NCBI RefSeq assembly: GCF_902713615.1
Contig: NC_052163.1
Span: 84,617,721 to 84,681,720, forward strand
Reading direction: 5' to 3'
Source: Scyliorhinus canicula
Lineage: Eukaryota
Length of the DNA: 64,000 nt
Below the pieces are notes generated by a model. It was not told the DNA's origin. It did no database searches and was given only the letters and a program-made list of their open reading frames with translations. Made by a program: the position numbers and the translations under genes. Shown here piece by piece: positions 1 to 10,384 of this stretch. The first letter of the stretch is position 1. Each line of letters opens with the position of its first letter.

Positions 1-445
1 ACCAGCTCTGCCAGGGCCATTTAATTGCTACACTTTGTACTTTGGGATGTGCATCCCACCCAGAAGGGCAACTTCGAGGGTGACTTTCTTGTGGGCTGCT
101 CCCTTGTCGAAGCCAGGTGCCTTGAACAGACACAGAATACAAGGGACCTCCTCTAGAAGACAACATCAACAAGGTTAGCTGTGGCTTCTCGCCAGATGGG
201 GTGTCCGCTGCCTATCACAGGTTGATTATGCAACAGCAGCAGGGCAAGACCTTAAGTAGCTCCTTAAAGCCTCAGTTGGCCTGTGGATGGCAAGGCTGCT
301 GGCAGGACATCCAACCCTGGACCCACATCCACTGCCCCGAACTCATGCACCCCGCATCTCTGAAAGCACTTCCAGAGGGGCATTAAATTCCACCCAAGAT
401 GACCAAACACACACACAGGCGGAAATATTTCCTGCACAGATTCTA

Positions 446-451
446 TTTATT
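446..451 (-). terminator. Poly(A) signal (AATAAA) of IgL cluster 1
   Basis: Plus-strand tttatt about 370 nt downstream of the C1 stop, followed on the minus strand by a (TG)n tract near 408-417 that resembles a GU-rich downstream element. The same layout occurs in cluster 2. Confidence 0.7.
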
Positions 452-817
452 GGTAAGTTAAAATTGGTGACAGTCATTACCAGTCTGATACTGTTAGCTG
501 ATCAAAAACAGTCAGAATTTTCATTACACACAGCACTGGTGTTGAGCAAACCACCCATTTGAACAGAAATTCCTGATTGCAGTCAAGTAATTGGTCACGT
601 CAACCCTTGTATAGCCTCTTGCAATGGGAAAGACTGAGCAAAACTTTGCACTGCTACAAACAGCTTCAAAAGATACAACAGAATCACACAGCAAAACAGA
701 AACACAAAATGCAGCAGTACAAAGGATAGAGTGCGGACAATGGTGGCAGAGAAGATGGTGACAAATTAACATGTTCTCACTATGCAGGCAGAACATAGGA
801 AATACATTTCCATCTAT

Positions 818-1140
818 TTAACAGCCGGATTGAGAGGCGGTTGCGGTTGTTTTTGAAGCTGCTCCTTGTTGAACTGTACAGGAGTACACCTTCCCACTGC
901 TCCAATCTGTGCCAGGGACTGTCAGGTAGCTGCTGAGACTGAAGCTGTTGTCCGAGTTCCGCGATGCCACGCTGGTTTGGACATCACTGCTTGTCGGGCT
1001 CCCATCGACTGTCCAGCTGACCGCAGCAAAGCCCATGGACAGTTTGCTGACCAGGCAAACTAACGTGCCGGCTCCTTTAGTGGATATCTCATCGGCTGAA
1101 GGCCCGAGCAGTTTCACTGAAGGGTCAGGGAGTTGCCGAG
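818..1140 (-). CDS. IgL: Ig light-chain constant exon, cluster 1 (probably sigma)
   Basis: Polypyrimidine tract and AG acceptor at 1141-1142. Encodes (A)RQLPDPSVKLLGPS..LVCLV..VSWTVDG..YSCTVQQG..SQSGC*, a C1-set domain with both Cys, the Trp and the terminal heavy-chain-linking Cys. The phase-1 splice fits J. Confidence 0.95.
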
Positions 1141-2596
1141 CTGCAATCAGAAACAGAGAACACATATTTGTATAAAACGTCAGAGAAACATTGGCATCAT
1201 TTCCAAGTTTGAAAGAAATTGCAGTGAAAGGTTATTGCTTCCTGTAATGGGTCCTGAAATTCATCTGGTGAGAAGATTTTATTTCGATTGTCAAAGCTTT
1301 GAGAACAGGAAGTACTAATTTTGATGTAAAATTAATTGTTTTAGGATCCTCCTGGTGACCCGGGATAGAAATGAAAATCGCCACAGCCCCCGAGGACCAT
1401 AATCTGCTTTCACCTGTTGAGAGCTGACAGGTGGTGATTTAACCTGTGGGTCACCACACCTCAGGCGGGGGGCAAGGTTGAGAAGGTGGAGCCTTCATGA
1501 ATTACCTCAGCCATGATGAGAATTGAACCCACTCTGCTGGCATTGCACAACACCATGGACCAGTCATACAACCAACTGCATTAAACTACCCTCTGGATTA
1601 GAACATCACTCAATATGGGTTTTTCTCTCCCAGGTTCTATCCCCAGTCTGTGTTGAGTTGGATGATATCAAGTGAATCACCAGAAATGCTTCATTTGACC
1701 CCCGTGCCCCTGTTTAGGGAGAGAAGTGATTCCAGATCCCAGTGCTCACTAAAACCCAAGTGATCGCTGCCTCTCAAAATCTACAGGGATTTGTTCTAAC
1801 ACATTTAATGTGTTAAAACACCACACATTAATGGACATGTGAGACACAAACTGTCAGTGTAGTGTGGCACCAGACCCAGGGAATAGACCCACACTCTCCT
1901 CCTAGCTGCGCCTCTTTCATTTCCCTTTTACAAGCCAGCCATCACTAATGCTCCTCCATTAATGGCCACCTACTGCCACAGGAAGGGTAGAAGAAGCATC
2001 TCAAACTCTTGACAGCCCAACGTGTGAGGGCACCAGGTGTGTGGTCTAGAGATCCATAGATAGTAAGTGTCAAGGCTCCAACTGAAACAAGCCTGACGGA
2101 ATGAGGGTGACACTATCCAAATACCTGACTGGAAATAGAAAGTTGCAGTAGTTAAAAATTCAACACGTGCTGATTGAACAATCAGAAAATGTTTACAGCA
2201 GAGGCGGAAGCTATTTGGTTTGTCGTGTCCATATAAGGACAATTCAGCTAGTCCCAGTGTCCCAGCTTCCCCCCATCACCCTGCAAGGGTTTTCCATTTG
2301 GATAATTCTCCAATTCCATGTTAAAGCCACTGTTCAATCTCAGACTGCATTCCAAATCATCAACACTTGCCGTCTGTAAAATAAAGATATTCCTCATATG
2401 GCCTTTGGTTCATTTGTCGTTCAGTTTATATCTGCGCATTCTTATTCTAAACCCATCTGCCAATGGTAACACTTTTTACTCTATCCAGACCCCCCATGGA
2501 TTTTAGTACCTCCATCAAATTTCCTCAAGGAGATCACCCCCATCTGTCCATGAAACTGAAATCTCTCTTCCCTGGAACTGTTTTCATAAATGTTTC

Positions 2597-2906
2597 AAAA
2601 GCGGGTGGCACTGTAGCACAGTGATTGGCACTGCTGTCTCACAGCGCCAGGGACCTGGGTTCTGCCTGTGTGGAGTTTGTTCATTCTCCCCATGTCTGTG
2701 TGGGTTTCCTCCGATTTCCTCCCACAGTCCAAAGATGTTCAGGTTAGGTGGATTGGCCATGCTAAATTGCTGCTTAGTGTCAGAGATGTACAGGTTAGGT
2801 TACGGGGATAGAATGGGGGAGTGGACCTAGGTAGAGTGCTCTTTCAGAGGGTCAGTGCAGACTTGATGGGCTGAATGGCCTCCTCCTGCACTGTAGGAAT
2901 ACTATG
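2597..2906 (+). mobile_element. HE1-like (V-SINE) tRNA-derived SINE in the J-C intron of cluster 1
   Basis: tRNA-like head, V-SINE core (gggtttcctcc..cccacagtccaaagatg..ggattggccatgctaaattg) and CR1-type tail. Imperfect 16-bp TSD ttttcataaa..tttc at 2581-2596 and 2907-2922. Confidence 0.85.
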
Positions 2907-3720
2907 TTTTCATAAACATTTCTAATGCCACCACATCCTTCCCAAAGAGTGTTACCCAGAATTGGACACAATGTTCAAGTTGTGGCCAAATCAGTGTTTC
3001 CTTTGTTCTCTGTGCCACTATTTCTAAAGCCCAGGATCCCATGTACCTGTATAACCACTTCTTCAATCTGCCCTGACAACATCAATGACTTGTGTAAATA
3101 TAAACCCATACAGGTGGATGCAATAGGTCCCATTATATTATTATCCCAGTGTCCTGGTCAATAGTCCTTCAATTAATTCCATTAAAAATAATAATTGATG
3201 ATTGGTCACAGTGTGTGCAGCATCTTGCTCTGTGTTCATTGCCTGTTCCATTTTGCAGCACAGACAACAATCACCCTTCCAAAAGGTAAGAGAAAGAGAA
3301 ACACTTCAGGCCATGAGAGGCATTATACAATTAACTTTCCTAAGATTTAAACTGCACCATCTAATGATCAAAATTCTATCTGCATCAATTGTATTTTTAA
3401 AATATAACAACCAATTTCAGATGATTTTAGAAATGAATTTGCAAAATCCGAGCAATATCATCAGAAACAAAACTAATGTAGCAAACAAATATTAATAAAC
3501 AGTTAGGATCAGAGGCAACACAAGCTCAGGATGCAAAACTACTCATTATACCCGTTTTTCTGGTTAACAGAACTGGAGCTGGAGACTAAAGATTTAATTA
3601 TTAAAATTGACATTTAACTAGTAAGTGCTAACAAATAACTAATTTTAAATTATTAACTCATTTCTAATTTTCAAAATCCACACAGCAAGTTTATTCAAGA
3701 GGGAGTTTCCAGCCACTTAC

Positions 3721-3757
3721 CTGCGACAAAGAGTTTGGTCCCTTGGCCAAACACCCA
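3721..3757 (-). CDS. IgL: Ig light-chain J segment, cluster 1 (WVFGQGTKLFVA)
   Basis: FGxG motif, GTAAGT donor right after 3721, RSS directly upstream. Confidence 0.95.
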
Positions 3758-3796
3758 CACAGTGTGATGTTCCAGGGTTCAGTCCATACAGTTACC
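3758..3796 (-). other. J recombination signal, 23-bp spacer, cluster 1
   Basis: Perfect heptamer CACAGTG (3758-3764), exactly 23 nt of spacer, divergent nonamer ACAGTTACC (3788-3796). Confidence 0.85.
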
Positions 3797-4110
3797 CCGG
3801 ATCCTGGAATCAGACTGAAAACAAGCTCAGATTCTCCACTCCAGCATTATTCAGGCTTCCTGGATTCCCAGAGTTCCTGCTGGTGAGGAACAATAAGGAA
3901 TAAACTCACAGCAACATCCACACACTGATAGTAAAATATCATCAACACCCAATACAGGGCAGTCAGATTCAGAATGTCATCAAAAATTAAATGATAATAA
4001 TTCAAAAATATTGTATTAAGGACAAAATTCAAGTGGTTTTATGCAATGTAAAATATTAGAATGTTTTACCAAACACAAAAGTTATTCATTGCATTATATT
4101 TGCTGATTTA

Positions 4111-4138
4111 AGTTTTTGTTTTACCTTCTGTCACTGTG
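4111..4138 (-). other. V recombination signal, 12-bp spacer, cluster 1
   Basis: Minus strand reads CACAGTG (4138-4132), 12 nt, ACAAAAACT (4119-4111). Confidence 0.95.
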
Positions 4139-4462
4139 ACACATAAGTACTGCTCGAAAAATACTTGTAACAGTAATAGACGGCGGCATCATTCACCTCC
4201 ACGTTCTTTATGATTAACTGGTAAATGTTGTGGCCGCTGTTGGCTTTCGATGTGAAACGATCGCTGTTAAACCCAGAACCATAGGTAGGGGCACTGCTAG
4301 AATGATGATAGTAGAGGATCCATTGAGGAGCTGATCCCGGTGTCTGCTTGTACCAGTTCACAACATAGTTATCAGCCGTTCCAATGTTACAGTCCAGTGT
4401 GGCCGTGTTTCCCGGTGTCACAGTCAGGTCTGGAGGCTGAGTCAGAGTCTGAGACTGTCCAT
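4139..4462 (-). CDS. IgL: Ig light-chain V exon, cluster 1 (sigma-type)
   Basis: AG acceptor at 4463-4464. Encodes GQSQTLTQ..LDCNIG..NWYKQTPG..ILYYHHSSSAPTYGSGFNSDRFTS..DAAVYYCYKYFSSSTYV with canonical Cys/Trp/Cys. The long CDR2 with xPxYGSGF and the 12-RSS match what I recall of sigma V genes. Confidence 0.93.
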
Positions 4463-4567
4463 CTGTAAAAGAGCAGAGATTAAACATTATAAATTGACTG
4501 TTTAAAAGTGATTCCGAGACCTCCATCTGCTGCTGCGGGAGGAGCAGAGTTCAGTGTTTGTACTTAC

Positions 4568-4616
4568 AGCCCAGCCACAGCGCCAGAGAGCAGAAAAAAC
4601 ACAACATCCGCATCAT
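4568..4616 (-). CDS. IgL: Leader (signal peptide) exon, cluster 1: MMRMLCFFCSLALWLG
   Basis: 49-nt exon starting at ATG with a hydrophobic core and GTAAGT donor. A 105-nt phase-1 intron joins it in frame to V. Confidence 0.9.
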
Positions 4617-4692
4617 TGCTGCCAGTGAGTTTGCTGCCTCCTTCAGTGAGTGTATCTGTACCAGACTGTGGCAGCAGCTGCCCATTGAACCC

Positions 4693-4785
4693 AGTTATAG
4701 AGCCATTCAGACCAGGAAGGAACCCCATGCAAATTAGAGAATTCACACTCACCAATCAGAGCAAGGGTCTGAAACCCCTCCCAAT
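4693..4785 (-). promoter_or_regulatory. V promoter, cluster 1: octamer, TATA-like box and two CCAAT motifs
   Basis: ATTTGCAT on the coding strand at 4727-4734 (light-chain orientation, about 110 nt upstream of ATG). TATAAC near 4694-4699. CCAAT at 4752-4756 and 4781-4785. Confidence 0.85.
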
Positions 4786-5110
4786 CAGTCAGAGATTCAG
4801 ATTGATGTAGTGACACCTCAGTTCAGTTAGAGACTGAATTACATTTTAAATAAAATACTTTCTTGTCTGATATTTCCCACTTCCCTTTTGTCTTTTGCCT
4901 GCTTCTTCTGTTCAAATCTGGAGGATGAATTGCCGTTCACACCACCAGTAACAAAATATTCCCGCTATATTACAATCTGGTGCAAAATTCAATTTTGAAT
5001 TTATTTTTAATTCATTTACAGGATGTTGGCGTCGCTGGAAAGGCCAGTATTTATTGGTCATTCCTAGTTGTCCTTGAGAAGGTGGTAGTGAAATGCATTC
5101 TAGAATGACA

Positions 5111-5259
5111 CAGAAAGAAGTCTTACAACACCAGGTTAAAGTCAAACAGGTTTCAGAGCACAGCTCCTTCATCAGGTGAATCACGAAAGCTCTTTAACCT
5201 GGTGTTGTAAGACTTCTTACTGTGCTCACCCCAGTCCAACACTGGCATCTCCACATCAT
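5111..5259. mobile_element. Short Penelope-like terminal fragment with inverted repeat
   Basis: Perfect 27-bp inverted repeat (5115-5141 / 5192-5218) and 13-bp TSD TTCTAGAATGACA (5098-5110 / 5260-5272). The Penelope assignment rests on recalled shark pLTR sequence. Second copy at about 33632-33780. Confidence 0.65.
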
Positions 5260-8200
5260 TTCTAGAATGACAGCAGTCCTTGAAGTTGACTCTCCTCATA
5301 TGAAACGTTCTCAAACTGAGGATGATACTTTTCTCATACACTGATAGAACACATATACTAATAGAAGAGAAACCATGTGAAACATGATACAGAAAGCTCT
5401 TCATAATAATAATCTTTATTAGTGTCACAAGTAGGCTCACATTAATACGGCAATGAAGTTACTGTGAAAATACCCGAGTCACCACACTATGGCGCCTGTT
5501 CAGGTAATTATAGGACAGCTGCTGTTATTTAGTCTCTCCTGAAACCTATCAAGCTGGAAGACTCCTCATCGGTCCTTTCGCTTCTACTTCAAGAGCATAC
5601 CCACTGCCCATTATATCACGGAATCTGGCTCCATCCAGGAGAATCTAGGAAAATCCCGATGTGTGATTGTGCCCACCATTCCTCAGGGACAACGGATTTG
5701 GGACTTGTTAATGATCCCAACATCTGTTTCCCATCCCAACGCAACCCATAAACCCCCTCAGTTCACATTTTGACAATCTGACAATGCTTCCACAGAGAGT
5801 GAATGTGCATAAAAGGAACTCCTTGCTGTTAGCTATCTGGATGGAGTTTTATTTCAGAATTGAAATTCAACCATTTATGTGGTGAGATTTGAATCAGCAT
5901 TGCTTTAGGTTTGTATTTTAGCAGTCCAGTGAATTATACCCCTGGGCCACAGGAGGAACCCAAGCATAACATGGGGACATTTAGTCTAACTGACACTCTC
6001 CCAACTGAACTAATTCAGCTGCTAAATGGATCAATGTTCAGGAATTAGTGGGACTTGAACCATGTCCCAGGAGCATTCGCCTGGGCTTTTGGATTGCTGG
6101 TATAGTGTGACTAACAGTACACTACCCTTTCCCAACCTCTGGGAGAGTTGAAGGTTTAACTAGTTCCTGATGCACTAACTAGCTCACCACCTGACTATCA
6201 TATTCTAATCTGCCATCAACCAGCAACTATGTAAATTATGAACTATATTGCACTAACTCCCATATAAGATCTATTTATAAAATATGTTATTTTCATGGAA
6301 TCAGAGCATTGAGAGCTAATTGAACCTCATGCAAATGTTAAAGGAGATTGGCTGAAGCAAAACTGTATTGAGGATGGCAGCTTCCACCAATCAGCTTTCA
6401 GTGTTTAATTGCGGTTAGATAGGTGAGACTAACAAACCGCTGGGGTCCCAGCAGGAAGTGTGCAATGTTATTTTAATGAGAGGGACTGTCCAGAACACAG
6501 TCAAACACAATGTATTTTCATTTTACTGCATCATAAACAAATCTCTCCGTTTCATCTCCACCCATTTGAATAATGGTCAGACATATCACTTTTTAAAGCG
6601 GCGACCTTCTGTAGCAGTGTGGCCTGGTCAGTTTTAGATCAACATACTTTATAAACACTGTGTAAAGAGAAGGAAAGAGTCGGAGAGATGTTGACACCAA
6701 TATGGAATAAACATTTACCCACTCAGAATAATGGTTTGTTTTTAATCAAAAAATGGGAAGTTTAATTTGAGAAGTTTAGAGAATGTTGAATCAGGTCTGA
6801 CTCTAAAGCTGCTCTGGTGGCACCATTGACGTTGACTGATCCAGAATTGTAATATAGGAAACACTGTTCCCTATGTCCATGGTGTTACTCCAGCGAGAAC
6901 TGGCAGCTATTTGGTACTTCACCTGATGGTCTTTCAACTGATGGTATCAGTTTTCTACTGGCTGGTTTGATGTCAGAAAATTCAGTAATTCGATCAACTC
7001 ATTTTCCATTCCTTAAAGATTTTGAAATTTAAGAATTGCCTGATTATGGGGTTCTCACATTCTCCCTGTAGGAACATCCCACTTTGCATATATCCACCCA
7101 AGTTTGGTGCAGATGTCAAGGGACAAACCTTCAGGATTGGAGATGACCTTCTGGAGTTCAAGCATCTAAATTCAGGTGGCTAAACAACAGAGATAAATGG
7201 TTCAACCTCCAGTGCTTCTCTCATCTGAAACACCTTCTATTTCTACTGCATTCCTCATGTACATGGTTAACTTACAGCACATTAGCGCCTCAAGGAAGGA
7301 AATGCCATCTCCCTGTCATGGCTTTGGCCTGAAAAGTTATCTGGAGGAGTGGGAGAATTTGACTCTCTAATAATACATCCATTCCTTTCAATGATCCAGA
7401 ATTCTCCAAAGATTGGATTTCAAGATTAGTCAGAAAGGATTATTCAGTTTCCCAAATGACAGAAATACTATTCACAATGGATGTGGGAGGTTTGGAGACT
7501 GCCTTAGCCGTCAGCGTAAGTGGCAACATGAGCCCAAAGTCTCATGAGAGTCAGGAAAAGAGATTCTCACCGGCGAGATCTTGTTTCCTGATTTTCCACT
7601 CCGCTCGCCCATGATGCAATGAGGTTCCCACCGAGGAAGGACAGGAACCTCATTTTAATACATTATAATATAATTAGTGAGCTGTCCCACCATAAATTCT
7701 TTGAATATTTAATCCAGCATGGGTTACAACAGCTCAAAAAAACAGGAACCCTGGCAAACTCACCTTTGAATGGGATATTGGAGATGTGCGTGCAGGTCAC
7801 CGTTACACAACAGGGAGTCCAATGTAGAGGGGGCACCAGAAAGAATGTCAGGGATCCAGCGAAGCCATTCTTCGGGCCAGTTTTGGGGAGGTGGGTGTTC
7901 AGTGTAGGCAGTTGTGTGTGGGAGGATTTGCTGCTCGTCGGCTTTAGCATGTCTTCTTTATCGTGCTGCTGTCGGTCCAAGGGGTCTGTCACTTGGTGTG
8001 GACTTTACGCATCTTGGGTCTCCTTTGCTGGGGTCTAAGCTGGTGTCTCGGAGGGTTAGACTTTCTGTATTGGCATTTGGAAGTGGTGAGAGCAGGGAAC
8101 TACAGGTTCAGCACAGGGGTCAGCCATGGGGTCCCAAGGTGGAGTCCGTTGAAACGCCTGGTTGGATGAGCAATGCGAGGGACTCTGACATGGGGTGGTG

Positions 8201-9914
8201 AGTTGCTCCATGAGGGCAAGAGGACCCTAACACAGCGGAGACATAAAGGCCAGTTACATGCATCCACCCCAGGCTGCAAGGGCATGTAGCATTGTAGATG
8301 GGCCTTGTCAATGGCCCTTGGACTCCAGGCTATCAGGGATGTTATCATGGGAGGCTGGGTGTACAAAATGGAAGGCTCATAAGATCTGCTACACATGTGG
8401 ATATTTTGAGTTTATTAACAACTCCATAATACAAAAGAACACAGCCAAATACAAAACAATCCGCAATATGCTAAAAACACCCACAATACACCAAAAACAC
8501 AAACCAATCAATCAACAAGAAAACAGAGCCACCAGATTTCAAGCCAGTGCATGCCCCCACCCAAAAAAAATCTAACCCCAATGTTAGCCTCACATTCGTG
8601 GAAAGGCGCCCGAACGAGCAGCGCAGACCACCGGAAAAGGGCACAGCAGAAGAGCGAGAGAGAGAACACCCCTCCCCTCAACAATAGAAAGAAGACAAAG
8701 CCGCCAGCATTCAAGCCAGCACACGCCCTTCCATCACCCCACCCCACCCAGCTCCAGCAACAGTCCCATATTGGTGAAAAGACGCCCATAAGCATCTCAT
8801 TCCACTGGAAAAGGACAGGCGGAACTCAGCTGAGGTGAGAACGAGAGAACACCCCTTCCACTCACCAGCTCCGGGAGCCCTCTGAACCACCAGTGCACAG
8901 AAGCATGAGGGGCCATAACTGGCCGCTAGGCACGAAAACAATCAACAACAAGAGGCCACAGGAGGAAGCCACTGCCCTAATAACATCACTGACCCTTCCT
9001 TGGTGAGTCAATTATGCCCATTAAGAGAGCATGATTGCATGATTCTGCCACTAATTGGCACCCACTAGTAAATCCTTTGGGAGCTATCTCATTTGTGCTT
9101 TGCTTTTGGCTTAAGGCCTGTACCCAGAAAAACTATGGGTCACATTCAAGAACAGAGACACTTTAAAACGCTGGAAGAGGTGAATAACTTTATGAGAAAG
9201 AATGGCTTGGGAGAGAATTAATGGCGATGATGTACAGTTCTGCTGTTATTGTTATTTGAACGTTTGGAGGTTGTGCATGTTCGTGTGTTGGTTCTTCACA
9301 ATAGTTGATGTTGCAATTATTTTAAGTCCTGCGTCTTTCTCTGAATGGGGGTTTGGGGTATCGGGCCCCATCACCGGGGGGGGGGGCTATTGGTTCGTTC
9401 TTCCCGGTTTGGCCTAGTTCGGATGGGGAGTGGGGTTTGGGGTAGTGTGGTCTGTTTGGGCTGGGTTATTTTTGGTTGTTTTCCAATTGGGGGTCACCAT
9501 TCTAGGAGAGATTCTAGTAAATGGGAGCACTGAGGGAGAAGGCTGCAGCGGGGAGGGGGGGGTGCCAGTTAGGTTGGTGGGGGGAGGTAGCATGCCTAGG
9601 TTGGTTGGGTTTTCATTGTTCGGAGAGGAGGAGGGAAGGGTGATTTTGGGAGTTGGTTGGTTGGGCTGACTGCTCAAATCGGAGAGGAGGGAGGGCGAAG
9701 GGTGGTGGCTATGAGGCCAAGGGGCATGGATGGAGGGAGGAGGGTAGAGTGTTGCTGACTCAGGTTTTTTTGCAGTTAGGCTTAGGAGGGGGTGTAATGG
9801 CGGCCACCTTGGGTGGGCCTGTAACCGAGGCAAACCTGGATTTGGCTGGATCGCCTCACAAAGCAGATACGGTGGATCCTAATAGAGGGGAGGGTTCAGA
9901 AATCTGCTGCCAGG

Positions 9915-10060
9915 ATGGAAAGTGCGGGGGTTAAATGGTCCGGTCAAAAGATCCCCTGTGTTTGCACATTTGAAGAACTTGAAAGCCAATATTTTCTTCT
10001 TGCAGGAGATGCATTTGAGGGTTTGGGATCAGACAAGGCTAAGGAAGAGATGGGGGGGGG
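9915..10060 (+). pseudogene. L1/Tx1-like ORF2 endonuclease N-terminal fragment
   Basis: RGLNGPVKRSPVFAHLKNLKANIFFLQE is the APE start motif, truncated at a poly-G run. Second copy at about 38265-38400. Confidence 0.7.
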
Positions 10061-10384
10061 GGGGGGGGTGCAGGTGTTTCTTTCAATATAGGCCTTGTTC
10101 ATAACTCCAAGGATCTTCGTCTAGTCTCTCGTGAATGTGGGGGTGAAGTACACTATAGTTGAAAAACTGTATAATTTGCCCTCAACAACCATTGTGTCAG
10201 AGAGTAAGGGAGTGAAGCTCATTGGAAAGGCATTCACCTATGGGAATGTGCACAAGTTGGTGTCCCGTGTCTTGACAGGGCAATGGGTCAGGCCATTGAC
10301 AGGACTCATTGCTCTCAGATCTGTTTCCTCCATTTCAGTTTTTGGAATGAGAGGGTGATGGTGCCAGTGGAGTTGGCTGTTCTT

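Noticed and set aside
1-400. Short ORFs downstream of C1
   Set aside because: No recognisable motif or splice structure, and not homologous to the C2 downstream flank; left unassigned.
1141-1165. ORF-track N-terminal extensions of C (MCSLFLIA) and V (MEVSES..)
   Set aside because: These are intronic polypyrimidine and branch sequences upstream of AG acceptors.
3907-3960. Cryptic heptamers (cacagca, cacactg) between V and J suggesting a D-like segment
   Set aside because: No nonamer at 12 or 23 spacing.
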